A stretch of 64,000 nt of DNA from Octopus sinensis. Lineage: Eukaryota. Below the pieces are notes generated by a model. The model made no database searches, was not told the DNA's origin, and was given only the letters and a program-made list of their open reading frames with translations. Where the stretch lies: the NCBI RefSeq assembly GCF_006345805.1, contig NC_043013.1:9796001-9860000 (forward strand), given 5' to 3'. Made by a program: the position numbers and the translations under genes. The stretch's first letter is position 1; the number at the start of each line of letters is the position of its first letter. Shown one piece after another: positions 24,417 through 37,448 of the stretch.

Positions 24417-24501
24417 CTTAAATTATAAGAAGACGCTAAATGGATGAGTTTGTCAAGATTGGAGTTGCTCTGAGCGTTAATCTGTTTAATCATACTAAGC
24501 A
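24417..24501 (-). CDS. Candidate 85-nt coding exon (LSMIKQINAQSNSNLDKLIHLASSYNL), product unknown
   Basis: Acceptor TTGTTTTCGTTATTATTTAAACTCAG| and donor AAG|GTGACC; only one frame is open. No homology recognised. Confidence 0.22.
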
Positions 24502-25234
24502 CTGAGTTTAAATAATAACGAAAACAAGGACGATAAGTACTACTACTACTACTACTACTACATATATTATGTGGGCGATTTTTGATATATTGAAGAATGC
24601 TCAAAATTGAAACAATAAGTGAAAAAAAAAACGTTAATAGATTCACACTTGGTACAGAGTGTGGTCAATGAAGAGGAAAGCATGTTGTTAAATAGATAAT
24701 GAATAGTATTATGATGATGCGCGCAGAAACAATAACAGTATTGTTAATCCTTTCTAATAAAGACAAAAGAAGTGAAATTATAGATGAGAGGAGATGGTCG
24801 ATTTCATCGCACCCTATGTTCATCTGTTATTTCTCACATATATATATATATATAAACACTAGCAGGTTCTTTTAATTTCTGTGTACCACTGAAGAGGGTT
24901 GGTCGGCCCGGGATTATAGTGGAATACGCGTGTCCAAAAGCCTCACGCAGAGGATATGGTACGCCAAATAATTTCCTACCGAAACAGCTGTAGTAAATTT
25001 TAAATAAACCTCGTTTGTGCTCCTCTCATATATATATGCGTGTGTTTTTGCGTGAGTATGTGTAAGAGAATGTGAAGAAAATAAAAAGTTCTTTGGAATG
25101 GATTGAAGAGTTCATTATTGGGAATGTAGGGCCTGTAAGAAGAGCACTTTATGCAAGCCATGTTTGAATTTTATTTAAATATTCTAAGATACGTGTTTTG
25201 CTATTATTAAAAATTGTTGGGTATACGTCACCGC

Positions 25235-25286
<52 letters not shown>

Positions 25287-25325
25287 ATATATATAAAAAT
25301 AATATATGTATATATGTATATATAT

Positions 25326-25357
<32 letters not shown>

Positions 25358-25763
25358 GGCGCAGAGTGGCTGTGTGGTAAGTAGCTTGCTAACAAACCAC
25401 ATGGTTCCGGGTTCAGTCCCACTGTGTGGCATCTTGGGCAAGTGTCTTTGCTATAGACCCGGGCCGACCAATGCCTTGTGAGTGGATTTGGTAGACGGAA
25501 CTGAAAGAAGCCTGTCGTATATATGTATATATATATAAGTTGTGTGTATATGTTTGTGGTGTCTGTGTTTGTCCCCCTAGCATTGCTTGACAACCGATGC
25601 TGGTGTGTTTACGTCCCCGTCACTTAGCGATTCGGCAAAAGAGACCGATAGAATAAGTACTGGGCTTACAAAGAATAAGTCCCGGGGTCGATTTGCTCGA
25701 CTAAAGGTGGTTCCCCAGCATGGCCGCCGTCAAATGACTGAAACAAGTAAAAGAGTAAAAGAG
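25358..25763 (+). mobile_element. SINE-C, full length, inserted in a (TA)n tract
   Basis: Colinear with 5429; (TA)n on both sides. Confidence 0.95.
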
Positions 25764-26325
25764 TATATATATATATATATATATATATACGTCACATGTA
25801 AATATGATGAATATCAATGATTTTATGATAGAACAGAAATTGTAACCTGTATATATCTTTTTTTTTTTGTCTTTCAGGCAACGAATATAACAAGGAGTTT
25901 TGGTGACGGACGTATACATGTAAAGCATTTGCATAACAAGAAACTCAACACTAAGTCTGCATAAGTAAGTCCGGAATTATTTCATATCAAGCTTCTCTTA
26001 TTACACAATTCAAATTTAATTTCCATTACATATCCAGTTTCCATCCAAGTTATAACAATTCATTTGGATTTTTTAATTTCTTTTTCATATTTTGTCATCA
26101 CCATTGCTATGTGATATTTGCCGTGTGTTTCTTCTCTTTCACTATTTTCATATCATTGATATTCATCATATAACTGCTGTATTGATATCAAAAAATATTC
26201 TATATTCATAATAAAATATCTCTCTGAAACGCATATCAATATTTGACACTGATAATATTTTGATACTTTGTACAAGCACATACATGTCTATTTGTCTACT
26301 TATATAAAGAATATATAGAATATAC

Positions 26326-26387
<62 letters not shown>

Positions 26388-27271
26388 TATATACATGCAC
26401 AACATACACGCGCACACAGCATATTTAATATACATATATATATATATACAATGTATAGTACATATATACACATTATATAATAATAAATATATATATTTAT
26501 ACAATATATATATATGTGTGTGTGTATATATGTATAATAAAGATATATGATATATATGTAATATAGAATATATATGTATATATACAATATGCATATTATA
26601 ATATAATATGTATGATATATATATATATATATATATGCTTGTAATATATATACATAACTATATAATATATATAGATATATATACAATAGACAATACATAT
26701 ATATAACGTATATATGATGTGTGTGTATATATATATATATATATATTTATATTCATACATATACATATGTAAATATATATACACACATCACACATACATA
26801 TATTTATATACATATATATTTAGTACATCTAATGGTATGCATAGTGTAATATTCTATTGTAGCGCTATATTCTAAATATTCATATCTTGTTATATCATCC
26901 AAGCTAACCGCTATATACCGCTGGAAAGCAGAGGTAGCATGACATATAACTACTTTTATAACTTTTCTTTCTTTCCTTTATATGACCAGAATATAAGGTA
27001 TTTATTTTTCCGCTATAATATTCCGATATACGAAATATCGTTGCTGATGTCTTTTGCTTCTGTTCATATTATATTTCTATTTAAATTAACGGCCCTAAAG
27101 TACTGTTTTATTTACAGTTATTGTCTGTATCTATTACACGCATGCGCAACATCAATACAGATTCCCAAGCAAATACATATTCATAATAACATCCGTGCGC
27201 TCACTTACGTACCGCATGCGCATGCGCAAATACGCATGTGTGTGTTGCTCTATGTATATGACATATAAAGT

Positions 27272-27660
27272 GGAGGCGCAATGGCCCAGTGGTTAGGACA
27301 GCGGACTCGCGGTCGTAGGATCGTAGTTTCGATTCCCAGACCGGGCGTTGTGAGTGTTTATTGGGCGAAAACACCTAAAAGCTCCATAAGGCTCCGGCAG
27401 TGATGGTGGTGATCCCTGCTGTACTCTTTCACCACAACTTTCTCTCACTCTTACTTCCTGTTTCTGTTGTACCTGTATTTCAAAGGGCCGGCCTTGTCAC
27501 TCTCTGTGTCACGCTGAATATCCCCGAGAACTACGTTAAGGGTACACGTGTCTGTGGAGTGCTCAGCCACTCACACGTTAATTTCACGAGCAGGCTGTTC
27601 CGTTGATCGGATCAACCGGAACCCTCGTCGTCGTAACCGACGGAGTGCTTCCATATATCC
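27272..27660 (+). mobile_element. SINE-A, full length, imperfect 12-bp TSD
   Basis: ATGAC(A/G)TATAAA at 27258-27269 and 27661-27672. Confidence 0.93.
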
Positions 27661-28084
27661 ATGACGTATAAAATGCATGGATATACTAGAGATAATAAAT
27701 GCTGACATTTAAACATCTGGGCACAAAGGCTGTGTGGTAAGAAGTTGGCTTGACCACCACATGGTTCTGGGTTCGGTCCAACTGCATGGTACCTTGAGCT
27801 ACTGTTTTGTTCTATTGACCCGGATCAACCAAGGACTTGTGAATGAATTTATAGACGGAGATTGAAAGAAGCCTATCGTGTTTTCTCTTCCATTAGTGTC
27901 TTTCGTTGATTCAAGTACTCGTGCTTCGTACTTTTTTGTTGTACACGTTTCATGACTACCTGTGCCCACATATGCATATATATACATATAGATGTAAGTA
28001 TGTATATATGCGAATTTGTATATGCATATATATTTTATGTATATTGTCCGAAGTCAGGACGCCGTGATAGATCGTGAGCTCCTA

Positions 28085-28268
28085 CACGCATGTTTTTCTC
28101 TCCTTGTTTCTCTCCTTGATTTTTTCTGTGTACCTTTCTGTCGAAGAGCGTAGGCTCGAAACGTAAAAAACCTTTCTATTTCTATTCCTGAGCGCTATAC
28201 TAATACATTTGTTTGTTTGTACTCCACCTGCCTTCGTCTTTTGTTTATTTTCGTAAACTTTCCCTTAT
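28085..28268 (+). mobile_element. PLE-like terminal repeat fragment with variant hammerhead-like motif (copy 1)
   Basis: Homologous to the reverse complement of 49678-49860; contains CTTT-CTGTCGA-A-GAGC-GTAG-GCTC-GAAACGTA. Confidence 0.65.
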
Positions 28269-28815
28269 ATATATATATATATATATAGTGTATTTTTTGT
28301 TGTTTTAGTTCGGCCCTCACCACTGCTGGGCAATCAATGTGGTTCTAGGTTAGTAACTTAACGTTTTGACATAGCGATAGAATGATTACCAGGAACAAAG
28401 GAAATATGCAATGAGGTTGACTGTTTTGATTAAACCCACTCAATCTGGTGCCATAGCATGACCACTGTGCAATCACTGAATATATATATATATATATAAT
28501 GAATTATTATGATTAATGACACTGAATATATGCATATACATATTCATATATATATATATATATATTATATATATACATCTTTGTATGTGGTGGGGGTACA
28601 CAAGTATATAAACAGTATCACATCAACGTTACAATACTTAAGTCATTAAAATAATTAGCACATAAATATAGTTACCCTCAGGTTGAGATATTTTTAGTGT
28701 CATTAATCCTAATAATAGTTTTATCATAACTTTTAATTTATTTTTGATAAAGATAAATTAGTATTGTTCGTGCATCTTTTTTGATAACTGTATATCTACT
28801 TTTTATAATATATGT

Positions 28816-28922
<107 letters not shown>

Positions 28923-28939
28923 CTCTAGTGTGAGTGGTG

Positions 28940-29150
28940 TCTCTCTCTTTTATCTGGGTTGTCCCCCCGCCATCGCTTCACAACCGGTGCTGGTGTGTTA
29001 ACATCCCCGTAACTTAGCGGGTCGGCAAAAGACGCCGATAGAATCTGTACTAGGCTTACAAACAATAATTTCTGGGTCGATTTGTTTGACTGAAGCCGGT
29101 GTTCCAGGATGGCCACAATCAAATGACTGAAACAAATAAAAGAAAGACTA
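28940..29150 (+). mobile_element. SINE-C 3' half
   Basis: GTCCCCCC...CCCGTAACTTAGCGG...GATGGCCACAATCAAATGACTGAAACA. Confidence 0.82.
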
Positions 29151-30180
29151 TAAGAATATATATATATAAATGTAGATATATTTACGCGTACATATATGTA
29201 TGTATTTATACATGAAAATGCGTACGTATGCACGCACAAAAATTGTGTGTGTGTGGTGTGTGTATGCGTGAGTGCGTGTGCGTGCATTTATGTGTAGATG
29301 TGTATGAGGGTATGTATAATTCTGCGTAACAGTCAGAGGGTAATATCTACATAATGAAAGTTATAGTTAATACTCCATACTCCATTAAATAATGGGTAAT
29401 AAAGTGTTGAAATTTTGTGAATGAGTAACCTCGTTAATTCATAAACAAACATAATTCTCACACTTTTATTTCTCTTTTACTTTTGTTCCTTTTTTTGTAT
29501 TTTTTACTATTCAGTCACATGATGCTTCTCTAAGGGGAGACAATAACTAAATTCTCTCTATGCATCACCAGGTTCGACTGTTTAAAGTTCACTAATTTGC
29601 TTATTCATATGCGAAAATATTTGTTTCTTCTATGCGTGTGTGTGTCTGTGTGTGTGTGCTATATGTATTTTTATGTACCCTGAGATGTTTAATGAAAAGA
29701 AAGCTTCTTCAAGAAGCTTCGGTTCTAATGAATGATAGACATTTTTCTTTTTTCTTTATGAACTGAGTATTGCTTTTTGCATTTTTAAGCACAAGCTAAC
29801 AGCCAGATTAAAATTTAAGAGGCTCAATTTGCAACTGTGTGATTTGGGGTTCGGTCCCACTGCATGGGTCCCGGATCGACAAATACCTTACGAGTGGATT
29901 TGGTTGAGAGAAATTTTGCGGAAGACCGCTCTTGATATATGTGTGTGTGTTTGTATCTGCGTTTGTCTTACCCCAGCCCGGAGATGGTTTGTTTAAGTCC
30001 CCGTAGTTTAATGGTCCGGCAAAAATAAGTGCTGGAGACGACATATTCGACTAAGCGTCGTGACCTAGCATGGCCGCTTTCCAATGACTGAAACAAGTAA
30101 GAGGTAAAAAGATAATCCACATGCACACAAACAGATGTGTGTATGGGGGTCTGCATGGGTGTGTATGTGGTGGTCAATGA

Positions 30181-30211
<31 letters not shown>

Positions 30212-30907
30212 TAGGCATCTTGTGTGTTGTTCTTCCATTAGTCTTTTCGCAGTTCTGTTCGCTTGGTTCATTCCTACTCGAACATCACGTACGAAATATT
30301 GAATTTTATAGCCGTCTTAGAGTTGAGACAGGTCGTAAAATGGAAAGAGTCAAGTAATAAATTCAGTCTTTGAAGCTGTTCGTTATTTAAAATGTGATGT
30401 GGAGAGCAGCTGAATATATAAAGGAAAGTTCTGGACTATTTCTCCGTAGGTGAGCATTTTAGTAGTATTTATTGAAGTAGTTTCAAAATTAATTAGCCAG
30501 TGGCATCGCGCTCTGAGAGGCTGGTAATTTACTATAAACATTGCGATTTAGTGTTCATGTTGATGATGATGATGATGATCGTTATAATAATGATGCCGCT
30601 TCTATTGTAATTGTTATTTAGCCCTGAGTCTTCAGTGATCAAGCAGACTTATGTTGAATTAGAGTCTAGTCTCGACAGTTCGAATTGTTTTTGTTTTCCC
30701 TTATTATTTCTGATTACATTAGTCGATGTGTTCATCCCTTTTACCTTAGACTTTACAGCGTGTAACTTTGAGGTAGAGTTGGTTGCTGCTTCTAACTCGA
30801 CCTGTGCTTACTTAAAGGATCCATATGATTGTCCCTACAATTGTTGTTGTCGTTCTTGTTGTTTTGTTGTCGATAATGATGTTGTCTTTTAATATTAAAT
30901 TTCAGTT

Positions 30908-31130
30908 TAAGACGGGGGGAGAGCTGGCAGAAACGTTAGCACGCCGGGCAAAATGCATAAAAGCACTCCGTCCTTCTTTATACTCTAGGTTCAAATTCCG
31001 CCGAGGCCGACTTTTCTTTTCATAATTTCGAGGTCGATAAAATAAGTACCAGCTGAGTACTGGGGTCGATGTAACCGGCTTAAAGCCTTCTCCGAAATTG
31101 CTGGTCGTGTGTCAAAATTTAAAAGCAATA
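30908..31130 (+). mobile_element. SINE-B copy
   Basis: GAGCTGGCAGAAACGTTAGCACGCCGGGC...GGTTCAAATTCCGCCGAGG...AAGTACCAG. Confidence 0.85.
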
Positions 31131-31226
31131 TTCAATTTCAGTTAAGGCTGTGAATGTTCAAGATAGCAACCCGAAACCACCAAAAAAATTCGCATTTCAT
31201 GAATTACTAGCTCGTCTCCCCCACCC

Positions 31227-31261
<35 letters not shown>

Positions 31262-31341
31262 GCTAATGCAGCGAGTGGCAAAATTGTTAAACCGCCGGGT
31301 AAAAGGCCTTCCAGTGTTTCTTCCTGCTCTTTTCGGTCTGG

Positions 31342-31657
31342 GTTGTTTGTTTGTTGTTTGTTCCTTTACGAGCCATGCCTGGCTCATAAGGGCCGGTTTC
31401 CCGGTTCCCATGGCGTATATGTTCCCCACCTGGACGGGACGCCGGTCCGTCAAAGGTGAGCTGCAAGATGCAGTAGGAGAGAGTGAGAGAAACTTGTGGC
31501 GAAAGAGTCAACAGATGTTCGCCATTACTTTCTGCCGGAGTCGCGCGGAGCTTAGGTGTTTCGCTCATAAACATACACATCGCCCGGTCTGAGATTCGAA
31601 CCTGAGATCCCTCGACCGCGAGTTCGCTGCTCTAACCACTAGGCCATGTGCCTCCAC
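31342..31657 (-). mobile_element. SINE-D, full length (A-like tRNA head; tail GGACCGGCGTCCCGTCCAGGTGGGG...GGCTCG..AAGGAAC(AAAC)n)
   Basis: Colinear with 36195-36494 and 53404-53645. Confidence 0.92.
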
Positions 31658-31734
31658 TTTAGGTCTGGGTTCAAATCCTGTTGATATCAACTTTACATAT
31701 TCATACAACATAAATAAAATAGAATATTAATATC

Positions 31735-31942
31735 AAATTTTGGCACAAGGCCAGCAATTTTGGGATGGAGGTAAGTCGATGGTATTGACTTCAGTACTCA
31801 ACTAGTACTTATTTTATCGATCCTGGAAGGATAAAAGGCAAAATCGGCTGCTGCGGAATTTGAACTCAGAACGTAATAATGGACGAAATGCCGCGAAGTT
31901 TATCACCCGGTGTGCTAACGATTCTGCCCGCTTGCCGCCTTA
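31735..31942 (-). mobile_element. SINE-B copy
   Basis: Plus strand reads GGAATTTGAACTCAGAACGT...GTGCTAACGATTCTGCC...GCCGCCTTAAT. Confidence 0.82.
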
Positions 31943-33551
31943 ATATTTTTGTTTTTAAAACCTGGTGCTTGTTCTATCGTTCTCTTTTGCCGATTCGCCC
32001 AGTAATGTGGATCGTGAATACATGAAACCTCTTATTAAGCAGTGGTGGGGAACAAAGATGGAAACAAAAACACACACACACACAGACACACGTATACAAA
32101 GGGGTTCTTTCAGTTTCCGTCTTCCAAATTTACTCACAAGGCTTTGGTCGGCATGAGGTTACAGCGGAAGACACTTGCTGAAGGGGTCACGTAGTGGGAC
32201 CGAAGCTAGAACAGTTAGGTTGGCGAATTGGTAGAAATATTTGAAAGTTGGACAAAATACTTTCCTCTGTTTGTTCCACTTGTAACGTTTTGAAATTCAT
32301 ATCCAGCAATGGTCATCTCTCATATTTCCAGAGTCGATAATATAAAATAACAGGCTAGTGAAGATCAGTATAACTGAAATTTCTTTCCCGCTAAATATCT
32401 GGGCTTGTTAAGTATTATTTTCTTGACTCAATATTTTTGTATATCGGGAGGGTCATTATGCCAATAATAAACACACTCGTTGGTTCTATTTCATTTCTTT
32501 ATTTTAGCGTAGCTTGGGGTCGACTGATCCCTTTTGATTGAAATTAGACAAATGTATATCATACAGAAGACTGTCGGACCGAATGTAAATTAAAGGGCTC
32601 ATTTTTGTCACACGCAATGACATGCTGAGTCTGCGGTACAAATGCTTGTAGAATACAATTTCCTCTATATAATTCAATAATTCAGTAAGTTACAATCTTC
32701 TATCATTATCAACAATCCACCATAGATTGAACATGTGTTTGCTTGTAGAGATAAGTCCAATCAGGCTAGATTATTAATCTGGACAGGGGTGAGACAGTTT
32801 GTAGAGAATAACGGATTAAGAAATTGAATCACATTCCCTGTGTTCTTGATTACAATAAGAGTATTTTCGTTCTTCCCTTGCCCACTCTCTTCTATAAAAG
32901 ATAGAACTCAATATCAGTTCAAAATTTGGATTCAGAGAAGAGACAAAAACTGTAATATACTGGGGGGTGTTCACTACGTCAAATCTACAGCTACATCACG
33001 TCTAAAGATCTGAACGCTCCTACAATGCAAAACAAAGAGGAATGGGTCTTCTACATGGTTGTACCGAATGCTAGAAATCGCAGCCAAATCTCAGTTACAT
33101 CATACATATACCGTGTTGTAAAATGAATGAATTTATTTTATACTATAGTCTGAGAAAATTATAAACACTTTGGCCAAGGTTGAAACGCTTCTAATTATTT
33201 GTAAGTTTTATCAATGCTGGTTTGAAGGTAAACAAGAGCAACAGTAACGCTTTGGCTTATTTTATCGGTAACTTTGCATGTATATTTGCTGGGCGGGTGG
33301 CTATATTTTGTACCCGATATTAATGATTCGTAGTAAAGGTATACCCGTCAATCACAACAACCCTATCTTGCCAGTTAATATCCCATACATGGGTGGTCAG
33401 TCAAGGAAATGTTAGTTTGTGACAGGTGAACGCTTACATATATATTTTACTGCTTTAATTGTGAAGAAGGCGTCATACGTCCGCAAACATTTTGTAGTTT
33501 ATTAAGTACAAACACACGCGCTCGCGCGCATATTCATATATTCATACATGC

Positions 33552-33611
<60 letters not shown>

Positions 33612-33952
33612 AATATATATATACATTATATATATAAATTATATATATATACATTATATATATATATACACATATATATATACACTATATATATATAATG
33701 TATATATATATATATGTATGTATATATATAATATATATAATATATATATATATAATATATATATATTTATTTATATATATATATTATATATATATTAGAT
33801 ATATATATACATATATATATATAATCATTATATATATATAATGTATCTACATGAGTGTATGTGTGTGTATACATATATATATATATATGTGAGTGTATTA
33901 TGTATATACATAGGTGTATGTGTGTGTGCGTGTTTATATATATAGACACACA

Positions 33953-34590
33953 CAGGGTGCGATGGGTAAATTGTCATCATTTTATATTTTTTCATTTTAC
34001 GTATGCGCATTGTTGTTTTTGAATTTGTCGACTACACAGTGTGGCAGGGTCAGTTGGGCACCGTCTGTGAGAAAAACACCATCATGACACAATTCACTCT
34101 GACAGAAATTTGGAAACGACATGCTCGTACTGTTTGGCATCCACGCCGGAAGCTCTCATACAAACACTGAGAACAGTGCAACCTGAGGATATGTACCGGG
34201 AGTGATAAAAATCAAACATCCACTGAACATGATGTTTAGAATGATCACTTGTGGTTACGTTATATCTTCATTCATCTTCCCACAGAGCCTCAGATTCAAC
34301 ACGGAGGCCTACATTAAGTGCCTGGAGAAGGTTCTAATGTCTTCGGTCAAGAGGGTGTCTGCAGGAAGACCCTATGTCCGACAACAGGACTCTGCACCAT
34401 ACTACACTAGCAAGAGATCCCAGTCATATCTTTCAGGCAATTTCTGCAACTACATCACCCTTAACATCTGGCCCCCTAACGTCCCAAACTGCAACACCCT
34501 TGATTATTATGTGAGGGGCGCAGTTGAGCGAGAGATCAACAAAACTTTTTGTAAAACCAAAGACGACTTGAAGGCAAGTTTAACATAATA
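33953..34590 (+). mobile_element. Internally deleted Tc1/mariner-superfamily transposon, DD37D (maT-type)
   Basis: Probable left end CAGGGTGCGATGGGTAAATTGTCATC. Peptide KHP...RPYVRQQDSAP...[15 protein letters not shown] has exactly 37 residues between the second and third Asp. No right TIR found. Confidence 0.85.
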
Positions 34591-34756
34591 GCAACCATAT
34601 ATATATATATATATATAGATATATATATATGTGTGTGTGTGGTGTGTGTGTTGTGGGTGTGTGTGTATCCGTATATGAGTTTCTATGCAGTATATATATA
34701 CATACATACATACATACATGTATATATATATACACACACACACACACACCACACAC

Positions 34757-34851
<95 letters not shown>

Positions 34852-35582
34852 ACACGCACACACACAATATGTGTACATATAGAAATCTCTCTTTGTATGT
34901 GTATGTGTGTAAACAAACACGCATCCGCAAGTTAGATAAACGTGCGGGGTGAAAAGAGTATGGGTCGTCACTTTGCCGGTCGAGGTGAAGATCGCGTAAC
35001 CACTTCCGATTGGTTATTTCTGTTTTGCTAATTTGCATATCATCCGTTAAAATTTTGTAGTCTATATTTCTCAGCATCGTCCCTTGTAGCTTTAAGGGAA
35101 AATGACTTCTGTTAGTTTTGCATTTTACGAAGATGCTCTCTGTCAGCTTAAAGTTCGCACTAACTTGTTACCAGTTCAGCTATCCTTGGGGAACATTCGA
35201 ACCCGTAAGAATGCTATTCACTGAGGAAATTTTATCAAAATTTATATCTACATGACCTAATCCGGCAAGTGACTCTGATGTCACTCGTAGATCTGTTTTC
35301 GCGTTCGATATGCACAAACAGAAGGAGAGTGAGAAAAAAAGATGTGGGAAGAGGACACTTTATTTTAACCTCAGTGTCTTAGTATACAACGAGGCTGTGT
35401 ACACACACACATCAACACACCGACACACACACAGATAAATATATATTATACAGTATATATATATATATATGTAGTCATATAAACTTGTGGTATAATACAT
35501 ATATACATATATATAAAAATATATAAGTGCCTGTGTAACGTGTGTGTGTATATATACTATGTGTGTGCTGTATATTATATAT

Positions 35583-35613
<31 letters not shown>

Positions 35614-35920
35614 TATATATATATACACATGCACACACACATTCATAAGTATACACACACATGAGTGTATTTGCTAGCGTGCTTATACCTGCTATGTCAA
35701 AGAGTTACTGAATTCAAACAAATACGGAGTTCGTTTACGCTTGTCTTCCGGCAGCTTTAATCTAGTAAGGTTTAAAAGTAAAAGAAATGAATGACCAAAG
35801 AAATAAATTAACAGAATATCGTCATGGGTTTGTTAAGGTAGAGGCGAGAGAATCACTGTGAGGCTACTACTACAGTCAGGTAAGGTGTAGACGTCTGCCT
35901 TTTGTTGGCTAACTGTTCAG

Positions 35921-36113
35921 GGAAAGAAATATGGACTGTACTGTTGATTATAAACGAAACAGCTATCGTATACACTGAAGCTCAGAATGTTAACATAATG
36001 GTGAAAACTACACCAGAAGCAATTATATCGAGTCTTAAGGGAACAGCAGAGAATGTTCACAGTTGGAATAAAACTGGAATGTTAATGATTATTTCGGATG
36101 TTCGAGTTTACAG
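35921..36113 (+). CDS. Candidate 193-nt coding exon (GKEIWTVLLIINETAIVYTEAQNVNIMVKTTPEAIISSLKGTAENVHSWNKTGMLMIISDVRVY), product unknown
   Basis: Branch-like CTAAC and acceptor TGTTCAG|G; donor CAG|GTGATC; only one frame is open. No homology recognised. Confidence 0.3.
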
Positions 36114-36194
36114 GTGATCGGAAGGCATGCGTTGATTGTAATTATGTGACTGCTTCCAATCTCTATGTGTGTTGAGATTGCAAAGAGATAGCTA

Positions 36195-36494
36195 GTGGAG
36201 GCACATGGCCTAGTGGTTAGAGTAGCGGACTCGCGGTCGAGGGATCGCGGGTTCGAATCTCAGACCGGGCGTTATGTGTGTTTATGAGCGAAACACCTAA
36301 TCTCCACGCGGCTCCAGCAGAAGGTAAATGGCGAACTTTTGTTAACTTCTTCGCCACAAATTTCTCTCACTCTTTTCTCCTGCATCTTGCGGCTCAACTG
36401 CCACGGACCGGCGTCCCGTCCAGGTGGGGAACCTATACGCCAATGAAACCGGGTAACCGGCCCTTATGAGCCAGGCGTGGCTCGAGAAGGAACT
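36195..36494 (+). mobile_element. SINE-D, full length
   Basis: GTGGAGGCACATGGCCTAGTGGTTAG...GGTTCGAATCTC...GGCTCGAGAAGGAAC. Confidence 0.93.
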
Positions 36495-36627
36495 AATTTT
36501 TTTTAATGTTTTCATGTATTGATTACGTCTTCACATCCCTGTTTTTATTGTGTATATTTTGGAGTTCAAATCCCGCTGAGATTGAATTCGCCTTTCATTC
36601 CCTCAGGTGTGATAACAAATAAGTATC

Positions 36628-36800
36628 TAATTCTTTATTGCCCACAAGGGGCTAAACATAGAAGGGACAAACAATGACAGACAAAGGGACTAAGTCGATT
36701 ACATCGACCATAGTGCGAAAGGATGGAAAGCAAAGTCGACCTCGGCGGAATTTTAACTCAGAACGTAGCGGCAGACGAAATACCACTAAGCATTTCGCCG
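36628..36800 (-). mobile_element. SINE-B copy with internal deletion
   Basis: Tail TCTTTATTGCCCACAAGGGGCTAAAC and B-box block are present; the central AAGTACC segment is missing. Confidence 0.82.
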
Positions 36801-37104
36801 CCTTACAACAGTTGAGTATTAAGGTTGAAGGATCGATCTATATCCACTGCCCAACAATTGCCAGTCTCGCGCCATAATTTGAAACCGTCATTATTAAGGC
36901 AGCGAGCTAGCAGAATCGATAGCGTGTCGAACAAAATGCTTAGTGACATCTCTTCTGGATCTTTACGTAAAAAATTGATATGAATTCAATTAATATCAAT
37001 TTAAACCAGTGGACTAGCATACTGAAAAAAATCTGAAGATTGAGAAAAATTATATTACATAAATATAAGAGGGATGACCACTAGGTGGACTTCCAATATG
37101 CTAA

Positions 37105-37292
37105 ATGTAGACCCCATATGGTCTGACCACTAAGAAAAAAATTGTTCTCAAGAAAATTCAGCAAATGCCAGAACGTAAGCGAGCAAGACAAATGAAAAGA
37201 TACAAAATATAATGATTAGTCACATACCAGGTTTCATTGTTACCATTTACATACTAACTTTTCTCAGTGGTCAGACCATATGGGGTCTACAT
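37105..37292. mobile_element. MITE-like element, 188 bp, 34-bp inverted ends (33/34 match)
   Basis: ATGTAGACCCCATATGGTCTGACCACTAAGAAAA at 37105 and its reverse complement ending at 37292. Confidence 0.75.
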
Positions 37293-37377
37293 GTATATAC
37301 ATATATATGTGTGTGTGTGTATGTATTTATACATACATACATACATACATACATATATGCATATATACATACATGCA

Positions 37378-37448
<71 letters not shown>

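Noticed and set aside
27203-27228. Perfect NRF1-type palindrome TGCGCATGCGCA next to a GTAAGT donor (similar motif at about 975)
   Set aside because: It lies in alternating purine-pyrimidine low-complexity sequence that generates such motifs, and the geometry does not fit a first exon.
30611-30892. 93-aa plus ORF and its antisense frame VELEAATNSTSK...
   Set aside because: No recognisable homology, the end is (GTT)n-derived, and the antisense frame lacks a credible acceptor.
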